Shown: positions 61,184 through 64,000 of the stretch, piece by piece
How positions within the stretch are numbered: position 1 is the first letter of the stretch
Layout of the letters: each line of letters starts with the position of its first letter
Source of the DNA: Malacoraja senta
Lineage: Eukaryota
Direction: 5' to 3'
Length of the DNA stretch: 64,000 nt
NCBI GenBank assembly: GCA_038087875.1
Contig: JAXLNO010003629.1
Coordinates: 62,001-126,000 of the forward strand
The notes under the pieces: generated by a model
What the model saw: only the letters and a program-made list of their open reading frames with translations
The model's database searches: none
What the model was told of the DNA's origin: nothing
Position numbers and translations under genes: made by a program

Positions 61184-61701
61184 ATGGGTCAATTGCAGGC
61201 ACATGGGACTAGCTTGGATGGGGCAAATTGGATGGTATAGACTAGTTGAGCCAAAGGACATGGTTCTGTGCTGTATGACTCTATGACTCTTTGACTTTAT
61301 AAAAAGGTGAAAAAAATTTAAATTGTGCCCTCTCTCTAAACAGGTTTGGGCAATCAAACACAGACAGCTCCACCATCAAAAAGAAACACAGAAGGTGAAT
61401 CTCAACTTTAAGGCAACCTTGAAGAAATTCAGCAGATGGCAGGTGTAGTGGCCATTTGGCCTGTTTTACTTGTCACTGATGATGGCATGTGCCTTTAAAT
61501 TTTAGACTGCCCGTTGTATTGTGGGTGGGATTTATGACGTGTTTTGGGGCGTGTTTGGAGCTTAGTTGCTTGCGCAGAAGTCTAGTTTTTAGATTAGTTT
61601 GGAGAGACGACGGAGAAGGTCAAACCTTCGACCATGTCAATGTTACGGAGACGAGGAGTTTTGTAATGTTTAAAGTTGCAAGTTGGAATTGAAGGAAGAT
61701 T

Positions 61702-63941
61702 AGGGGCAACAGACAAGGATGTTCACTATCACCGCTGTTATTTGCTTTGGTAATTGAACCCCTTGCTGAAAAAATAAGAACACACTCGAATATTCACGGT
61801 TATAACACAAAATATTCAAACAACAAACTATCCCTATATGCTGATGATGTACTACTGTACATCACAAAACCACAAATTAGTATACCAAATATATTAAACT
61901 TAATTGAGGACTTTGGATCCTTTTCAGGATATAGAATAAATTGGAACAAAAGTGAAATTATGTCGATTAAACCAAAAGACTCAACACATCTCAGGAAATT
62001 CCCTTTTAAAATAGCTATGGAAAAATTCAAATATTTAGGAATTGAGATTACTAGAAATTACCATGATATGTTTAAAGCTAATTATAATCCCCTACTTAAG
62101 AAATTAAATAATCTGATTAAATTTTGGAAAACACTTCCGATGTCCTTAATAGGTAGGATAAATGCTACAAAAATGATTTTCTTGCCACAAATCCTTTACC
62201 TATTTCAATCAATACCTATATATCTCCCAAAAAAGTTTTTCAAAAAACTGGACTCAGACATTACAAATTTTATATGGGATTACAAATCCCACAGAATACA
62301 AAGAACACACCTTAACAAACGAAAAGAGTTGGGGGGTCTAGCGCTCCCTAACTTTATGTATTATAACTGGGCAGTAAATATTAAAAATATGATTCACCTG
62401 CTGGACAATTCTGCCCAGCAGGTGGACTGGATTATAATGGAAAAAGGGGATTGCTCCCCGAATAATATAGGAGCGATTATTCTCTCTCCAATAAATTTGA
62501 ATAATAAAAATTATAATAAAAATCCAATTATATATAGCACTATTAGAACATGGAAGCAAATAAAACAGAATCTAAAATTAAGAAACCTATCTCTCTTAAT
62601 ACCAATAGTCAATAACCCATCGTTTAAACCTTCAATCATAGATAAAGCATTTATACAATGGGAAAGAATGGGAATTAAAACGCTCGAAGATCTGTATGAA
62701 TTAGAAAAATTACTATCATCCCAACAACTACAACTGAAATATAATTTGAAAAATAATCAATATTTTAAATATCTACAAATCTGTGACTATTTGAAAACAC
62801 ACACAAAAGATTATTATAATATGCCTTCCGACTTACTAGATGAAGCAATGAAGACAAAGGCGGAATCAGTTAATTTAATATCATACTTATATAATATCAT
62901 CTTAAATATAGAAATACCCACAACAGATGGAATTAGAAGAGATTGGGAACAAGATCTAGGTATAAAAATTTCAAAAGAGAGTTGGGATAATCATTTATTA
63001 CAGGTGCATAAATGCTCGATCAACGTACGACATACGCTTATCCAATTTAAAACATTACATAGATTATATTATTCAAAAACCAAACTAAATAAAATCTTTC
63101 CTAACGTCTCACCAATCTGTGATAAATGTATATGTCAAGAAGCTACCATAGCACATTCTTTTGTTTTTTGTACAAAAATCCAAAAATTCTGGTTTGAAAT
63201 ATTTGATATTTTTTCAAAATTAATCAAAATAAAACTGGTACCAAAACCAGAATGGATTATTTTTGGAATATCGGAAGGTATTCCTGAATTAAACGTGTAT
63301 CAGAAGAATTTACTCAATTATGGGCTAATAATGGGAAAAAAGCTTATACTTAAATTCTGGAAAAATGCGCCCACACCAACAATAAAAATGTGGACATCAA
63401 ATATGTTGGAAACATTACATCTGGAAGAGATGAGATTCCTCCTAGTAGGCAAAGTAGATCAATTTCAAAAGACGTGGTCTACGTTTTTGGACCTATTACA
63501 AGCATGAGGTGCAATAGTAATTTAGAAAAACAAATAAATAAATAAAAGGTATCTGGACCTGGTAATGGGAGGTAAAATAAAAACAGACTTGGTTGGTAGT
63601 TCCTTCTCTATGAAGTATGGTATAAGAATTATAATAGAGCGATTGTTCCTTCTTTCTTTCTCTTTTTTTTCTAGGGTCTATTTTCTAACTTTACTTCCTT
63701 CTCTAACTTCTTTTCTAAGGGGCTTTCTTTTCCCAACACTCTTTTGCACTTCACAACCTTTGTGCACTTTCTTCACTTTTCTTACTTCTTTCTTTTTCTT
63801 TCTTAAAGTTTAAAAAAGTGAAGCGGTACAAAAAATGTATTAATATATACGTGTTGTACATTACTGTAATCTACCGTACTTCTAAAAAATAAAAAATAAA
63901 AAAAAAAATAAAAAAAAATAAAAAAAAATAAAAAAAAAAAA
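61702..63941 (+). mobile_element. Young L1 LINE, 5'-truncated, intact ORF2 C-terminal 586 aa, poly(A) tail, 17-bp TSD
   Basis: YADDVLL RT motif, CDKC...HSFVFC zinc-knuckle region; GGAATTGAAGGAAGATT at 61685-61701 and 63942-63958. Confidence 0.95.
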
Positions 63942-64000
63942 GGAATTGAAGGAAGATTGCAGTAACGAGTCGGAAGAAACTTGGATGTATCTTGCTGTTT

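Overview
Repeat-dense vertebrate genomic DNA, most likely a cartilaginous fish (skate/ray-like; inferred from HE1-type V-SINEs and abundant CR1 LINE families). Almost all long ORFs in the track are retroelement (CR1, L2/Crack, Rex1/Babar, L1) coding remnants or their antisense shadows. Two structures stand out. (1) A spliced plus-strand gene read by hand from splice sites: signal-peptide exon (ATG 33720), eight Ig-domain exons and a transmembrane exon (ends 54388), all phase-1 and open (2626 nt, at least 875 codons). The ectodomain is a four-exon V*-C2-V-C2 cassette duplicated in tandem (V* = cysteine-less V-like domain). This gives an 8-domain type I receptor resembling the CD4/LAG-3/G6F-like group; the cytoplasmic exon(s) and a non-coding first exon were not securely located. 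(2) Upstream of it lies a ~23.5 kb inverted segmental duplication (arms 5515-15636 and 17331-29065, 1.7 kb spacer, roughly 93-95% identical by hand comparison of samples). An older third partial copy at the window start ends in a fold-back junction. Also present: young insertions with TSDs (L1, Crack-like, Rex1, CR1, a TIR DNA element, a solo LTR) and two minisatellites. All identities are manual estimates; no database searches were possible.
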